64,000 bases of DNA, from positions 70,618,001 through 70,682,000 of the forward strand of contig NC_086380.1 in the NCBI RefSeq assembly GCF_036588685.1, read 5' to 3'. This stretch comes from Mytilus trossulus. Its lineage: Eukaryota. Positions 61,706-64,000 of the stretch are shown piece after piece. The position numbers were made by a program, and so were the translations under genes. Each line of letters starts with the position of its first letter. The first letter of the stretch is position 1. Below the pieces are notes generated by a model that worked only from the letters and a program-made list of their open reading frames with translations, was not told the DNA's origin and did no database searches.

Positions 61706-64000
61706 ATTAAAAACATCTTACTCCACTAAAAAGAGTCCTATGTATCGTCGATTTCTATGCACCTGTAGATAACGCCCATCGGACATTATATTAAACATAA
61801 TATACTTTTTTATCCAATCATAGCCTACGTACAATTGTTGTACTAGTATTATAATTACAAATAAGCAAGGAGTAAAGAACGAGTTACTTTAAACAGATTT
61901 TATTGTTCAAAATGACAAATGAATCAGACACAAGTTTTTCATCTATGTAACATCTTTTCTAAAAGAACGCGATCATGTGATTAGTTGTCTCGATTGTGTA
62001 AGATATTCTAGAATAACCGTTCAGTATCATTTTTCTATATACTGTTCTTTTCAGTTACGCTTCAGGCTTTAAATACTTATGAAACACGAAAAGACCTCAC
62101 TGTCTTAACCTATTCAAAAAGAGTACTGGTATTGACGTTCTCTTTGTCTTTTTTTTTTTTTTGGGAAAGAATATTGAACTTTAATGTTCCCGCAGGCGAT
62201 GCTGGTCACATCTCAGATTTTTTATTTATTAAGTGGACGAATAAATCATAGCCGATGGGAGACGCTATTCATAATATTAATAAAGGATCGTCATAGATCT
62301 CCTCACGTCACTTTGGAAATTTCAAAATTGGCGGGAAATGTATTTTCCGTTCGAGCCAAGCCGACATGGACATAGACTAGCAAACTGTATTTCCAACGTC
62401 TGTTTATTGTCTACGCATCGTTGTTGTGGGTTGGAATAATAATAAGTCTATTTTCCCATTTTCTTGTGTACCGTCTTTTCATCTTTGCTAGATGGTTACG
62501 ATCCAGTCCAGAGGAAGAGACTGCATCGTAAACAGAGGCTAGCTTAGATGTCTATCAAGCCCATTGTCAAAAAAAATAGGGCTTCTTTGTGTTCTAGACC
62601 GCAGTGGCGTAGCTCTACTTCTGTTATTACTGAGACAAGTGGGTGTAGCCATTTTATTTTATTTAATCATACTTCTGTTAGTTTGACTTGTTCTATTGTT
62701 AATACTCCTGAGTACAGATGAACATCTAAATAAAAGACGGTTCGGGAATGATTGAACAACACGATGTCTTGATAAGCTAGCTATAAACCATATCATTAAT
62801 ATTCGCCATAGCTCTTTTATTGGTTGTTCTTCGTCTGACTGTATTCAAATGTGGCCTTTAATTATTAAGTCTTGTGTAAGACGTGTTTTCATCATTAACC
62901 CTTTCACGTTCAAACAAATTGGACTGAAACTTATGTAAAAGACACTATCGAATTTAATCGAATATAGCATTCGAACTAAAGCTCATACTAAGGTCATGTA
63001 GGATCCATTTGAAAGATAATTGGTTAAATATTTTAAAAATGTAATATATATCAGAAAATTTGTCTTTTTTAGTAACGTAATGTGTTTCTTAAAGTCACGT
63101 GACTTGCGAAAAAAAAGTGAAAAATACAAAATTCTTCAGAAAAAGGTTGTGTGGAGACATTGTTATGGGCTAATAGGATATGATTTTGTTGTCAAAGCAA
63201 TGACCCAAATCTGATATAAACAGAAAAGTTGCTATTATGGTATAGATGGAGGAAATATGTGCTATATGCCTCGCAATGTTGATGCCCGCAACATGCAAAA
63301 TAAAGGATCAGCTGTCCATCCAAATCTATTCCTTGATTTTTTTTTAGGCTAAATCATATTCATTCAAGCAGAAAATAGAATGTTGGATTTAAAAGTAAAG
63401 ATTTAATGACCTACCAATAATAACTTGGTGTTTTGGCCCAAAATGTTGGGGTGGTGAACGGGGAGGGGTGCAATTAGGAGACACATTTTTTAAAAAGAAA
63501 CAAACAGTTTAGAAATTAAGTGTCGATATAACATATGATTGTTGTTAATCTCATTATTTTGAACAAAAAGAGGATAATATCATACCTTGGTTTGCCTAAC
63601 TTATACCGGTTCCTTTATTTCAACAAAAGTGTTTTTCCATAACCAAGCACTTGAAAAACAATGTTCTGTTACATCTATTTCAACTTGTAAACTAAAAACT
63701 TTCATGAACTTTTTTGGGGTTTTGTCTCTTTTTCAATTAGTTTGGAAATGACCACACATTTACAGTGTATTTGAAGTTTATGATTGCGTTGGTACACATT
63801 AAAGCACTCTTTTAACGTTCAAGTTTTAATCAGACTTTGAATAGTTTTCCTCCAAAAATACACTGCATCATTAATAATCATATTGCCCCTGAAATCAACA
63901 GTATATCACTATGAATCACATAGCTGTTATATCGAGTATTGATTTGAGCCCTCCACCACTGCTGTAAGTAACCAAATTTATTTTATTTTGTTACATCTTC

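Overview
AT-rich animal genomic DNA, most likely a bivalve mollusc (Mytilus-like; inferred from repeat families, not proven). (1) Two diverged tandem paralogues of a two-coding-exon class A 7TM receptor gene (424-10086 and 51368-60894). In each, a signal peptide plus a long array of 14-aa acidic Thr-rich repeats splices in frame onto a Cys-rich ectodomain plus GPCR exon. (2) A full-length 17,953-bp Polinton/Maverick (adintovirus-like) element at 15459-33411, with AGTAGT...ACTACT termini and a perfect 6-bp TSD (AATTAT), inserted into a decayed LINE. Its left arm carries integrase, minor and major capsid proteins, adenain protease, packaging ATPase and protein-primed PolB. Its right arm carries intron-containing accessory genes the ORF track shows only as fragments: a 4-exon type I membrane protein, a 3-exon PC4-like/poly-Glu protein, and a 2-exon BC-box-like protein whose intron holds an antisense TM+PC4-like gene. 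(3) A 9-kb TIR element (37814-46871, 5-bp TSD) inserted in a 28-bp minisatellite, carrying two receptor guanylyl cyclase exons and a nested decayed transposase element. (4) Hammerhead-ribozyme retrozyme copies, a Helentron-like element, several minisatellites and two near-identical local duplications that may be assembly artefacts. All splice models and family calls were made by eye and need RNA-seq or HMM confirmation.
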